A DNA stretch of 64,000 bases from Oopsacas minuta (taxonomy: Eukaryota; Animalia; Porifera). The stretch lies in the NCBI GenBank assembly GCA_024704765.1, contig JAKMXF010000001.1, positions 1 through 64,000 on the forward strand. The letters are read 5' to 3'. Numbering within the stretch: the stretch's first letter is position 1; each line of letters begins with the position of its first letter. Shown in pieces: positions 23,401-33,550 of the stretch. Made by a program: the position numbers and the translations under genes. The notes beneath the pieces were generated by a model. The model searched no databases. It worked only from the letters and a program-made list of their open reading frames with translations, and was not told the DNA's origin.

Positions 23401-26400
23401 GTGAAGAGTGACTCGTGTACGAGACAGAGACTTGGATGGATCTGGGGACGGAATAGAGGCCCCCCTGCGTCACACATCTGACTGAGTGAGTAAAGAGCAG
23501 ACATCTGGAGGTGAGGACTGGGGAGTACAGCCATGTCTGAGAGAAGTTTGAAACTTGTAGCTAGATGCTGAGGAGAGCCTAATCCTACATGTTTGTGTAA
23601 AGCAGATAACAACAAGCAGTAACCAGATTTAATACTAACATCTTTGGTGACGTCACTCAATACTTGTTCTATATGTCTGAGTAGCTGAGTGACTATCTGC
23701 TTGTTGGAATGATGAGAGACTGACTGACAGAAGCGAGCTATGGCTCCATTAGACAGACACGAGAGGAGAGGGTTAGAAGTGTTAAGAACCGCGAGTAGGA
23801 AGCTCAACCCTGTTTGAGTTATGTCAGATCCTGATATTAGCTTGCGGAGACTGGATGAGTTACGGAAGGCGAGGAAAAGCGCAGAAACCAGATTGAATAG
23901 CATTACCTGTAGGCGATTCTGTTTGGACTGCTTGACAACATCTTTGAAGTGAGTGAGCAATTGGAATTTATGCTTGTCGGTAGCCTGAGGAAATACTTTA
24001 CCGAACAAACGGATTGATACATTAATTGTAGCTCTACTCACAGGGAGGGAGTGTAAGAAACAGCTGTTATCTTCTTCATTTAATCTCTCCTGGAACAGGG
24101 CACCAGGTAGACATTCTACAGATCCTAATTGCTCTATACAGTTATTCCTGAGGATAGTATCTAGCTCAGAATCCATAGACACATAAGGCAATATGTCAAG
24201 ACATACTAAATCATCTGATTGAGTTAGTTCCCAAGCTAGTGTAGTTTGTAGCGGCATTAAGCTATCCGGCTGTACAAACTGAGCTACTACCTCTCTGAGG
24301 AGAGAACTCATGGAGTCTTCTAGCCAGGAGTCAGGACAGCTGAGTAACAGCTGATATAGTTGTAATTTGAGGAGAGGTATATTGAGAGCTAAATTAGTAT
24401 CAGATGATCTAATTATCTTAGGGAGAGTAGATACAAATGCAATAGCTGATTCTACTGGGAGTTTCAGTTTCTTAGTGACGTCATCAGAACACAGATCAGG
24501 ACACTGTTGTAGGAATATACGCAGAGATGCTAGAGCACCGATACGATGCTCAACTTGTAGTTGTAGAGTTTGTGAATCAAATCCTGACTTCTCCTTCTCC
24601 AGTTCCTCTGGAGAGTGAGGAAAGGAAGATCGCCAGAGAGTGAGTAGCTTAGAGAGGATAGGACGGACAAATGATACACCTAATGAAATGAGAGCTCCTA
24701 ACAGATACCAGCTAGCTCTGACACGAAACAGTTTAGCTTTAAGATCAGTAACACTCTCTAGAATAAGCATATCTTCTGACATAGCTAATACAGACTTAGC
24801 TTTAGTCAGAGGTAGACCTAGATCAGAACAAGTACTAGCACGTACTAGACTAGCAACAGCTAGACTGTATGCACACATATCTGGAGATGGGGATGACTCA
24901 GAGGATAGCTTGCTAAGAGCCCAGTCAATCAATAGACCATTGTGAGTAGGAACAGATATAGCTAGACACTGTAATGTCCATACAGCAGCACATCTACAGA
25001 ATCCATGTCTGTTCTCTAATCCTCCAGCTACAGCACTAACAGCTGATCCAGTCAGCATAGCTCCACTCATCTCTACCGATCCTCCTAGAGTCTCTTGTAT
25101 TAGCTCAGCGGATAGGGTGGATATCCTCTTTATTATAACTCCCAGTACTATAAGTAAACACCCTGATATAGCCTGGTCAGAGGTGAGAGAGGTGTCTAGT
25201 CCTGTGTTAGAGCCCTTCTCCTTACCAGGGGACTTCTGTCTAGCATGAGTAATCACTAGACTACAGAGATGCTTAGCTAGTTCTAACTGCATGTGTTCAT
25301 TAGGAAGTTGAGCTGTCAGCTGTTTCAATAGGAACACTACTAGTTTACGGGAGAGCAGTAAGTCTGTAGATCCATGTTTAGATAGAGACAGTAGCCCTAC
25401 TCCAGAACGCACTAGTTTGTATAGGTTTGATTCCAGCCATCTAGCTCCCATTGTACGTACTAACTCAAGGAGAGACATTACTATCCCTCCCCTACAGCCT
25501 AAGGAAGGATTCTTATTGTAGAGGATATGGATTAGAGACAGTACGTCATCAGGAGTTAGTCTCTTGCTACGACCCTTTTCAATATACTTATCCTCTAAAG
25601 AATGACGTAGATATACAGATACAAAGTGTGCTAGTTCTATCCTGAGGCTGTGATCTGCTCCTTCAAAGGTTTTGATAACAGCTGTAAGGAGCTGTTCAGC
25701 TTCTGAGGGAGAGAGAGTGTGCCAGACACATGAGACCAGCTGAGAGAGACAGCTAACACTCTTTAATCGCACTCTAGAACTCTTGTCCTGTAGCTGAGTC
25801 CTGCATACCTTTAGGATATCTTTGTAACTAGGGGAGAGAGCAGAGCCTAGTCCTACAACAACAGACTGTATGCAGTCTAGCAGGACACAGCGAGTTGAGC
25901 TGTCTCCTTGTTTGAAGGTTCTGAGTAGCAACTGTAATGTTTCAGTGGAATGTGGTCCTGTAGTACGTCCATGGTCTCTGTATAGATGAGATAGCATATG
26001 TATAGCACACAACTTCTGGCTGTACCACTGTTGTTCTGAATCAGAGTTATGTTTCACTCTCAGTACTTCTAAACATTTCTGCAGACTTGTGTTCATCAGC
26101 TGTAGACTGGGGCCAGCTCTATACGCTAGACTACAACACTCTCCTATGATAGGATGAGTACAAGGAGCTGTTGGTATAGAAATAAATGAGTGTAGGAGAG
26201 TGAGGACCTCTTGCTGTTCCTTCTCTCCCCACTCAGGCCAATCCTCTTCTGTATGAGAGGAGCTTGTCAGGGATCGCAGGAATTGTACCATAATTGTGAG
26301 CCAATCGTACATATACGCGTCTCTCTCTGGTTGACTCATGTCTTTGTCATGGAACTTCTTCATGTCGAATGCAAAAATATCCCTGGTTTCTGGTTTGGAC

Positions 26401-26456
26401 AAGCCATACAAATTCGTGGGAGGTATCCAACCTGTCTGATCTTTTATTGCTAACAT
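20496..26456 (-). CDS. HEATR5B: HEAT repeat-containing protein 5 (Laa1/p200 family), single ~6-kb exon
   Basis: ~1986 aa of HEAT repeats with YRDHGR..G, GLPLTKAK..L, LFGKVFP, APFLIQYQAQIGAAFRPAF and LYGD..ITLE.L..L.AWAE. Likely start MLAIKD at 26456. Confidence 0.85.
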   Translation of the reverse strand: MLAIKDQTGWIPPTNLYGLSKPETRDIFAFDMKKFHDKDMSQPERDAYMYDWLTIMVQFLRSLTSSSHTEEDWPEWGEKEQQEVLTLLHSFISIPTAPCTHPIIGECCSLAYRAGPSLQLMNTSLQKCLEVLRVKHNSDSEQQWYSQKLCAIHMLSHLYRDHGRTTGPHSTETLQLLLRTFKQGDSSTRCVLLDCIQSVVVGLGSALSPSYKDILKVCRTQLQDKSSRVRLKSVSCLSQLVSCVWHTLSPSEAEQLLTAVIKTFEGADHSLRIELAHFVSVYLRHSLEDKYIEKGRSKRLTPDDVLSLIHILYNKNPSLGCRGGIVMSLLELVRTMGARWLESNLYKLVRSGVGLLSLSKHGSTDLLLSRKLVVFLLKQLTAQLPNEHMQLELAKHLCSLVITHARQKSPGKEKGSNTGLDTSLTSDQAISGCLLIVLGVIIKRISTLSAELIQETLGGSVEMSGAMLTGSAVSAVAGGLENRHGFCRCAAVWTLQCLAISVPTHNGLLIDWALSKLSSESSPSPDMCAYSLAVASLVRASTCSDLGLPLTKAKSVLAMSEDMLILESVTDLKAKLFRVRASWYLLGALISLGVSFVRPILSKLLTLWRSSFPHSPEELEKEKSGFDSQTLQLQVEHRIGALASLRIFLQQCPDLCSDDVTKKLKLPVESAIAFVSTLPKIIRSSDTNLALNIPLLKLQLYQLLLSCPDSWLEDSMSSLLREVVAQFVQPDSLMPLQTTLAWELTQSDDLVCLDILPYVSMDSELDTILRNNCIEQLGSVECLPGALFQERLNEEDNSCFLHSLPVSRATINVSIRLFGKVFPQATDKHKFQLLTHFKDVVKQSKQNRLQVMLFNLVSALFLAFRNSSSLRKLISGSDITQTGLSFLLAVLNTSNPLLSCLSNGAIARFCQSVSHHSNKQIVTQLLRHIEQVLSDVTKDVSIKSGYCLLLSALHKHVGLGSPQHLATSFKLLSDMAVLPSPHLQMSALYSLSQMCDAGGPLFRPQIHPSLCLVHESLFTASSLESELIRTAGQCLGSLMDALGPEIQGMVRAKERLLQCIYVLKAHHDPVVQGFAITSLQKALLFCPDNVSQASLIPFLYTCMTPDVTFSWVTHAAVSCLRQCVQKDATPVWEIAARNEMQLLTTLIDLLDLHESDHALVRDVREILDCLQHALYSSCLSTWIYLYQRVLGAEQRESGLQEEEVRTAGPEIGPGDQDKSNEDVGEDDEDLRTLSIADFSIKKTKSHKWKTQVIFVQLLRKLFDLCSTDPAHFNAQLCKRGKSESGEFLVTYLGDLVQVVCLASTGSMHDLRLTGLTALQDLIRLFSASEDPNLPGSPFLIQYQAQIGAAFRPAFQTDMPPNISALACQVCGEWIVSGVSTGGQELEKVFGLLESSLNKIGQGSSSKHLYGDIMITLETLSVLGAWAEVYYRSQFPQSSSENDCALSNSLRPLVELHLPQLSVSWFHALYDYSLLSLPSSQLSMIRPQQCHFFTFDSAENARAIYRRHWTKVLKACSLWLSQSGQDESDSYIGQPLVDKLTLILGCVSQVLFFPLSIERVEILFSCLFALETVLKSRWILRVFGNQVSIPSEILSILHRLALAKQDLNTLNWVIKISLVLTHSLAPKRTSSIPQEDFVPYDDTVYELLRITVLTIGVLVHEVLPTKKHMVFKANVSVSTQADILSNVFRAVSLIPQIISPHLVNQVVTPVQLLMINFLNQEEFSEVHTVVLEELKRLLINCNTTQLSTQGDVICSGFIEVVRLLKQRTSRPMLIALSIYMLSRPEYLVEYGGLVSECSSIYSQVLRGRDPSIILITIEIIKKLYTLGDQNLANNFICKTAPSLFELLATPKYQDVLDTVISELVSCLEILIALAPPKANTELIRNITHVLVTKLGSSEEESSSPQVNKTHQVCLQSLQQIGPKYPAQFKDVMNSDVTMRQRLEQAILSSRKRSETSSEEKNKKFTESRTKSTIGKPLNIDFTKFQQT

Positions 26457-26626
26457 ATTGCTGCAGCTATCCACAATAAGTATATATACATAATTACCAA
26501 GCAATTGAACTCGTAAATTGCAAAAATAGGTCATAAAAAACATAATTTACATTAAAAGTTTTAGAATATGCGGCGCACCACTTGCCAGAAGAGCTAATAA
26601 CTAATCTGTAGTATATTGCTTACTAG

Positions 26627-27141
26627 CAGTGCCGTCTTTATCAAGGGCAAACTGGGCACTTGCCCAGGGCCTACCTCTCATGAGAAGAATTGTTGCTCCT
26701 TGTACAAATTTATAGCTGGATTTTGTCATAAAGGTTTCGGTATGTGTCCTAAACTCAGATACTGGATTGTGTCATAAAATGTACTAATCATTCTAATAGT
26801 GAATATAAATTGACAAATCCAACATTTTAAGCTGGTATTAATCCGCGTCCCTCAAGAACATTTTTATTATAATGTCCAGTGACTCGGTTTACGACAAGTT
26901 CCAACACCTTCCCACGCTAAGCCTCATGAAATATTGAATAAGAAATACAAGATAGCATCGATTTTGATGATTCGATAGATGATTTTGCATGAGCTAAAGC
27001 CCGCAAAATTTCTATCTGATTTGTTGTAATAGTCTAAACCTTTCCAAATATAGACAACTTCTTTATTTTGGAATTTTAGGGATAAAAGGGGTATAGTTAT
27101 TATTGGTGGCCAGTGCCTACTAACGCTTGAAGACGGCACTG
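26627..27141. mobile_element. hAT MITE, 515 bp
   Basis: Perfect 12-bp TIR CAGTGCCGTCTT...AAGACGGCACTG; 8-bp TSD CTTACTAG/CTTATTAG (7/8). Confidence 0.88.
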
Positions 27142-27290
27142 CTTATTAGTTCTTTCTAGGTTGCAAACTGGTATACGTAAGTCTACTTGTAAAATACATT
27201 TGGGCAATTAAACTATTAATAAGTAATTCAACAAAGAATTCATAATTATACTCAAATTGAAAACATCCTAGCTATCGGATAATAAATTTA

Positions 27291-30194
27291 CTAGAGATCG
27301 TAGAGTGATTGTAATTTTGAATAAAACAATACAAATTCGTTCTTCATAGTTTTAAAATCAATTTCATTTTGGTTTATTAGTGTAAAGTATTGCCTGGTGA
27401 GTTCTGGCTGTATGCAGAGAGAAGGGAGATAGGTTTCAGTGAGAAAAGTCGCGAGTGCTTTATCTTTGAGGATGATAAGTCTAGAGGCGTTTAAGATGTC
27501 ATTCAGGAGGAGGCTAGTTAGTCCGTCTTTCAAATCAAATGAACGCTTTGCTGGCGTGAGAAAAAGTGCAGGTAATAGATGCTGAAAGGTGAACTCAATG
27601 AGTGGAACAGGGAACTTGTCTATGAGAACTAGAATTACTTTAATAATACTGACAACTTGTTTCTGCAGAATAGGTTTTGAATAGGAGAGGAGTATCTGAA
27701 TGAGAGAAGAGAGGAATGAGTGTAGAGAAGAGGAGGGGAGTTGTATGAGATGTTCTACAAGAGTACTGTTATGTACTAGCGTGTGAGATAGAGAGAGGTA
27801 GGATTTTACCAGATCGAATAATACATTGGGATCATAATCAGGTTTATGCATAGAGCTGAGTGCAGTCATTACTGAAGTAATACAAGGAGATAAAAGCTGT
27901 TCTAGATGTGGACCTGTACGGTTTGGGTGAGCAGCTACTATTTGATTGAGCAGTATACAACACTCCTGAGGTCCTGTTTGAGTGGGAACATGCAGCAATC
28001 TAGTCAGGAGTTCTGGTAGAAAGGGAAGGAACTCTGCTCCCAATATTATAACCATTCTGTGTAGAAAGGGTCTGAATCCTTCTTGTAAGGTGTCCTGCTG
28101 CATAGGGATAGCTAGTATCTTAGAGAAGTGCTCCAACAGATGTAGGAACACATGAGAACATCCTGTCTCCTCTGCTACCTGTTGAGAAGACACGCATTTA
28201 GAAGCGAAACTAGCTAACCGCATGAGGTTACACAGGGTACGAGACAGGTCTACAATACCTGCAGGTACAGGTACATGATTCTGAGGAAGCTGTAACAGCT
28301 GGGTGTGTAGAGTATTAAATGTAAGAGTAAATTGGTCTAATATAGGAGTGAGTAGGGACTGGATTAGAGATCCTTTGTCCCCTTGAGGGGTTGATGAAAA
28401 CATGATGAGTGTACCAGCTGATTCATAGAGGAAGCGTAGGTCTTCTACACCCAGCTGAGAGTCTCTAATAAGACCCCCATCAAATACCTGTAACACTCCG
28501 TTGAGAAGATCAAGAGAGATATCCTTCAAAGATAACTTGAAGTCTTTCAAGAAACGAGTTAGTAAGAAGCATGCTCTGCTACGTACACGAGGATTAGAGT
28601 TCTTGACTCCTCTCTCATCAAGAAAGGAGGATAGGACTAGAGGTAGATAGCCTGTGTTAGCTTTTATGAAGGGTACAAATCTGACCAAGTTTTCTAGGAA
28701 CTGGTAGCTGACAGCCTCGTGTGGATACAGAGCTAATGAGCTGTCCAGTAGTCTATTTAGTATCATATTCCAGGTATTAGATAGCTCATCTCCTAGCTGT
28801 GGGTGTTTCCAGGGTATACTCTCATCAGACAGGTATATGAGATACAATACTACTTCTACATCCATGTACTGTAGTACTGTTAATCTATCTATGACATGTG
28901 ACAACAGCTTGTCTACTTCAGAGAGTACAAGTTGTGGTAGTAGGAGAGATATGGTAGAGAATAGAACTCTAAGCTCTCTACGATAATCAAGAAATAATAC
29001 TTCATTCTCTCCTTCGTTAGCGAAATCATGTGATTCATCGAACTTAAGTTTCTCAAAACATATTAATAAGAGTGTCATTACATTCCTATAGGATTCCTCA
29101 ACTAGCAGCTCCCTATGTGATTTGAATAGAGAGACATAACTGATAACACAGGGGAGAATATTCTCTGATACCCCATCATCTTCTGACTGTAGCATAGTAC
29201 AGATGTAAGAGAATACTCTGTGAAGAGAAGTGAGAAATGGATGAGCTGCTGTCGGCTGATTATTTTCTTTAACAGCTGATTGACAGGCAGTTACCAGCTG
29301 TGAGCCTGTTAGATTTAGGAATTTAGATAATTCAAAGTCTAAATCAAAATCAGTATCTGAATTATTCGTTTGGAATACACCAGCTCTAATAAGGAGTTCT
29401 GTCAGCATTTCTATCAACTTCAGCTTACTGCTCCTCTCCATACCTTTGTTTACGATACCTTGGAAGGTCTCTACCACTGAAATACGGGTCTCTTCTTTGC
29501 CAAGCAGTTGGAGGAAAATGTCTAAAAACCGTGAGTTTATTATGTAAGGGAGATCAATCCATTGAGTATATAATCCCACTACCCGTAGCGTGGTGCATAG
29601 GGTCTCAGGTGTGAAAGAAGTGGAATCAATGAGGATCTGTATCCAGGATTCTACCAGCTGACTGATACACCCCTCTCTCATGTTATCCTTTATGAGATTA
29701 GCTCGTTGTTGATCCTCTAGAGATCGTGGTATAGACTTATCCATGACTTCATCATTCATATAGAGGAGTATGTGTAGATACAGCTGGGTAGGTTCATGGC
29801 TGTATGAAGTGAGATAGGAGAGGATGTCGGAGAAGAATGAGGGCCAGTAGTCAGGATAATCCTGGAGGAACACGTGAATAAATATTTGACACTTCTTATT
29901 GAGGATGAAGGAGGGTTGGGGAGAAGAACTCTGTTCCAACCAGGAGAGTAGTAGCTTTCTGAAGAAGAGCTTATTGTCAGCTGATTCCTGTGAGTATCGA
30001 GTCTTTGAGAATTCCTCCAGGATTCTGAGACAGAAGAATATCACATGTTGATCGTAAGTATTAGACTCCTTAATAGTGTCAGCACATAGCATCCATCCGT
30101 TAGGAGCTGTCAATAGCTGGTTGAAGTAGATTAGGACTTGAGACTGGTTTGAAGTGTCAGGGGAGGATAGGAGGGATGACAAGTTGGGATCCAT
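27291..30194 (-). CDS. XPOT: Exportin-T (tRNA exportin), single exon
   Basis: 967 aa. FFCLRILEE, FILNK..QIF..VFLQDYP..WPSFF, ANLIKDNMRE, YRRELRVLF, FLDERG..NSNPRVRSRACFLL.RF. Confidence 0.9.
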   Translation of the reverse strand: MDPNLSSLLSSPDTSNQSQVLIYFNQLLTAPNGWMLCADTIKESNTYDQHVIFFCLRILEEFSKTRYSQESADNKLFFRKLLLSWLEQSSSPQPSFILNKKCQIFIHVFLQDYPDYWPSFFSDILSYLTSYSHEPTQLYLHILLYMNDEVMDKSIPRSLEDQQRANLIKDNMREGCISQLVESWIQILIDSTSFTPETLCTTLRVVGLYTQWIDLPYIINSRFLDIFLQLLGKEETRISVVETFQGIVNKGMERSSKLKLIEMLTELLIRAGVFQTNNSDTDFDLDFELSKFLNLTGSQLVTACQSAVKENNQPTAAHPFLTSLHRVFSYICTMLQSEDDGVSENILPCVISYVSLFKSHRELLVEESYRNVMTLLLICFEKLKFDESHDFANEGENEVLFLDYRRELRVLFSTISLLLPQLVLSEVDKLLSHVIDRLTVLQYMDVEVVLYLIYLSDESIPWKHPQLGDELSNTWNMILNRLLDSSLALYPHEAVSYQFLENLVRFVPFIKANTGYLPLVLSSFLDERGVKNSNPRVRSRACFLLTRFLKDFKLSLKDISLDLLNGVLQVFDGGLIRDSQLGVEDLRFLYESAGTLIMFSSTPQGDKGSLIQSLLTPILDQFTLTFNTLHTQLLQLPQNHVPVPAGIVDLSRTLCNLMRLASFASKCVSSQQVAEETGCSHVFLHLLEHFSKILAIPMQQDTLQEGFRPFLHRMVIILGAEFLPFLPELLTRLLHVPTQTGPQECCILLNQIVAAHPNRTGPHLEQLLSPCITSVMTALSSMHKPDYDPNVLFDLVKSYLSLSHTLVHNSTLVEHLIQLPSSSLHSFLSSLIQILLSYSKPILQKQVVSIIKVILVLIDKFPVPLIEFTFQHLLPALFLTPAKRSFDLKDGLTSLLLNDILNASRLIILKDKALATFLTETYLPSLCIQPELTRQYFTLINQNEIDFKTMKNEFVLFYSKLQSLYDL

Positions 30195-30499
30195 AGGATT
30201 GCCTGAGTGAGTAATACGTAATAACTGATTGAATACTAACTACATGCTGTGAATACTATTAGAGTAGTAATTTTAGCAATCATTCATGATCAGATGTCTG
30301 GAATGAATTATTCAAAATATCCAGGTTTTGCCAGATATTCGGAATGATATTTTGAGGATAGAACCAAAATTGGATTTCAATTTCCTAAAATTTGATCATT
30401 ATGATGAGGATATGGGTAATTAGAGAGAAACGAAAAATCTTTGTGATGTTAATTCTTCGGACTAATTCATATGAATAATTCACTCGCGCGGTTAGCTTT

Positions 30500-30515
30500 C
30501 TAGGTCGCTGCGCGA
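30500..30515 (-). repeat. Dispersed GC-rich repeat end shared with 50280-50295 (Helitron-like 3' terminus)
   Basis: 16-bp exact match TCGCGCAGCGACCTAG followed by a degenerate AAGC.AA.CGCG. Confidence 0.5.
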
Positions 30516-30800
30516 AGGCTAAAGTATCCTTGAGCTTTGTCCCTTGCTAAAACAAGGGACAAAGCTTTTAAGGAAGAAACAGCTATATTTGTCAGTACTT
30601 TTTGGGTCTCTACGCGACGGGCTATACTCAACAATATGTGCCTCGTGGTTAATTTTTGCAGGAAATTTTAATTTGTTATCCATGGTCCATCCAAATTCCA
30701 TTAAATGACATTCTGTGGTAATACTGGAGCTGTACGTGGCTTTTGGTTAGTAATCTCGGAACTTCGTACCTCGTGTATTAAGAATTTCTCATATTACACA

Positions 30801-30917
30801 AACGATCGGGACCGCGATCGTTTTTGAAATAAGGATCTTGATCGGGATTGCCGATCATAATTTCAGCTAAGATCAGGATTGGGATCGCGATCTTGTTTAA
30901 CACGATCGACTAATGCC
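30801..30917. repeat. GATC-rich repeat, probably a subterminal transposon remnant
   Basis: Nine GATC sites in ~110 bp (gatcggg, gatcgcgatc), ending cgatcgactaatgcctta. Confidence 0.4.
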
Positions 30918-31057
30918 TTAAACATAGGTCAAGTTTCACGGCACCAAGGATACTCACATATTATAGTCTATTAAATTCAATTTGTTTAAAAAGTGGCACT
31001 ATTAATAGGAAGCACTATGTGTAATGAGATTAAAACTAACCTCTCATAGTGCCTCCA

Positions 31058-33066
31058 ATTAATGTATTCTATATCATTATTATAACTTGGTATCGGTTAT
31101 TCCAAACGAATGGCGGACATTTCGCAGAATTTAATTTATAGAATAACTTAAATTTAGGACTGAATGTGTTCAAATTGAGATCCTGTTACACTTTACATGG
31201 TCCAAGGACTAGATACAGATATGGCCGACCATAAGTGGTCCAGGGAAGACCAATTATGGAAGAAAATCAATTATAAGCAATATTGATAACAAATCCGAAC
31301 AAAATCCAATTCAGTAAGTACAATAGATTCTAAAGACCCAAACCAACAACCTAAGGTAGTCAGAGATCCTGACAACTTCCAGGAACAAGCCTGCCACTAA
31401 TCCAAGGTATATTTGTACACTACAGTTCGATCAAAAACCGTCAACAATAAGATATCGCTCCCAAATACACACCAACCAACACCCAGTAAGGTAGGGAGGC
31501 ACTAGGTCTAGAAATAGTCAGACAATATATGTATAGATTGATAGAAAAGTCTCAGATACGGTCTAGGCACCTAGCGACGAAATGTCCGTTTACCATTTCA
31601 GACGTTGATCATGTCTGCATAGAGTTCCTGGAGGATTTCAATTTGAAATCGAAGCGAAGCGAAGTAATTGAACACCCTGATGATTCGTGATATATATGCG
31701 CTGAGTGCAGGTTAAGCCACCATACACGATGCAACATTATTGCACCTTGTATGGTAAGAGTTGTTTTATAGGTACATAAATTGCAGTCCTGACTATCTTC
31801 CTATAGTTTCATGCCATACATTTTGTAAGATATAATGGTGCAAACATGAAGTCAGGCATAGTCGCCAAGTTTGGGTACCTGGGGGACTAGACTCCCCAGG
31901 TTTAGTGGTTGAGACAGTACTTTGTGTGAATTTACATAGAGGTAGCAACAATTTCCCATGGTGGTCCCCACAGGTCGGATTTTGTTTCCTAAAACTTGGC
32001 GCCAATAAAGTGAGGTATTATTTTAGGTGCATATTTTTGCCTATATAAGTATACTCAAACATATCTTGAATACATTATATAGATATACCATCACAATGAA
32101 CTTGGATATACATCAAGTACTACCTCTCCTGGCTAAAATAGACCCCGGTCTCACGAAGGAGTTCCTCCTTAGTTCTAGTATCCCCCTTATCGTCTGCAGC
32201 AGCGGTCTCATTTCTACATTCAACGTATATGAACATGGATTTCCTCTCTCCTTTGCTATACTTCCAATATACAATACTATTTCTGCATGGAAGAGTGGCA
32301 CAGTTCTCTCTACACCCGTTCTCCTCTACAACAGTACTATGATGTTTCACGGAATAATACTTAGTTTATACATGTACTATAGAAAGAACAAAACATTTCT
32401 CGAGCATTTCAACACTCACATAGTTGAAACAAGTAATGCTTATACTGCATTACGTGATGCCTCTCTACTGGTTAGAATTATTAACTGGTTAGCTATAACT
32501 GGGGTTATGACCTGCTGGAATGCTATCCCCTATATATACACACTAAGGGGGGATGGTTCATCTCCTACTGGGGTGCTTGGCCTGTCTCTCATTGCACTAG
32601 GCTCTGTTCTTCAAGCAACCGCTGACCATCAGAAGAAGAGACATAAATATATACACGGACCTTACTCGTACTGTAAGGATGGTGTGTATAAGCTCTGTAG
32701 ACATCCTAACTACCTTGGAGAAATTCTCTACCATCTGGGAGTTTTAATTTCCGGTTATTCTCTTTTTCCAAGTATTTCTCGCTGGCTTTTAGTAGGAATA
32801 ATCCCTCTATGCTTTGTCCCAATGATGTTTTTCGTAACCTATGACATGTCTGAAAAGCAAGCAGCTAAGTACGAACGTGAATCAACCTACAAAGATTATC
32901 AGGCTAGTGTAAAGCGACTCATCCCCTATGTGTGGTGACTAGTTGGTTGTAAAAGCAACTACTAACCTATTGTTTGTTTCTACGTCTTTATTTTAGCTAC
33001 TATAGTTATCTATTTATTGATTCTATTACTTAAAATTCTATTATTGTTTGTCCACTTTGTATTAAA
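31058..33066 (+). repeat. Copy 2 of the ~2-kb inverted segmental duplication
   Basis: Reverse complement of 16478-18921 without the MITE. Confidence 0.95.
32096..32938 (+). CDS. DUF1295 / steroid 5-alpha-reductase-like membrane protein, intact copy
   Basis: Multi-pass hydrophobic ORF with ADHQK..HK, CKDGVYKLCRHPNYLGEIL and Y..YQASVKRLIPYVW. First ATG at 32096 (the track start is a GTG). Confidence 0.85.
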   Translation: MNLDIHQVLPLLAKIDPGLTKEFLLSSSIPLIVCSSGLISTFNVYEHGFPLSFAILPIYNTISAWKSGTVLSTPVLLYNSTMMFHGIILSLYMYYRKNKTFLEHFNTHIVETSNAYTALRDASLLVRIINWLAITGVMTCWNAIPYIYTLRGDGSSPTGVLGLSLIALGSVLQATADHQKKRHKYIHGPYSYCKDGVYKLCRHPNYLGEILYHLGVLISGYSLFPSISRWLLVGIIPLCFVPMMFFVTYDMSEKQAAKYERESTYKDYQASVKRLIPYVW

Positions 33067-33375
33067 CAAATTGAGTTTAATAGACTAAGCTGTCGGCACA
33101 GGTTGTGATTTATATTTTATCTCTCTGTTACGGCGATCATTCTTCAACTGTCCCCGGAGAGTAATCAATCTCTCTTCTATCAAGATGGTCTCTGATTCTA
33201 ATTTCTCCCGAACCTACTTTTCTGGGATTTGCCCTATATGAGATGCCATTGTTAATAATGTAAGTATTTATAATACTATTATGATTCAAGGTGTCAAAAG
33301 GCTATAATGATGCCAATTGCCCCCCTCACCTCCAATGCGGCTCTCAATCCAATCCAATTTTGGGAAACCGTAGAG

Positions 33376-33443
33376 CCGCGGTTCCTAACCTTTTCATCCG
33401 TGGACAACCAAGGAGTCCATGTACCCTAGGTCGGGAACCGCTA
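33376..33443. mobile_element. Minimal 68-bp hAT-derived element
   Basis: TIRs CCGCGGTTCCTAACCT / TAGCGGTTCCCGACCT (12/16); flanking 8-mers CCGTAGAG/CCTTAGAA (6/8). Confidence 0.55.
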
Positions 33444-33550
33444 CCTTAGAACACAAAACAGCATAAGTATGGTACTCTTTGGCAACCATGAATCTATAAT
33501 ATAGTGACTTGCAAAACTACAAAAAATATTGAAAAATATGAGAATAAAAA

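Noticed and set aside
26924-27139. 71-aa ORF
   Set aside because: Internal to the hAT MITE.
33110-33249. MASHIGQIPEK*VREKLE..., a possible N-terminus of another coiled-coil/NHL pseudogene
   Set aside because: Too short and has no diagnostic motif.
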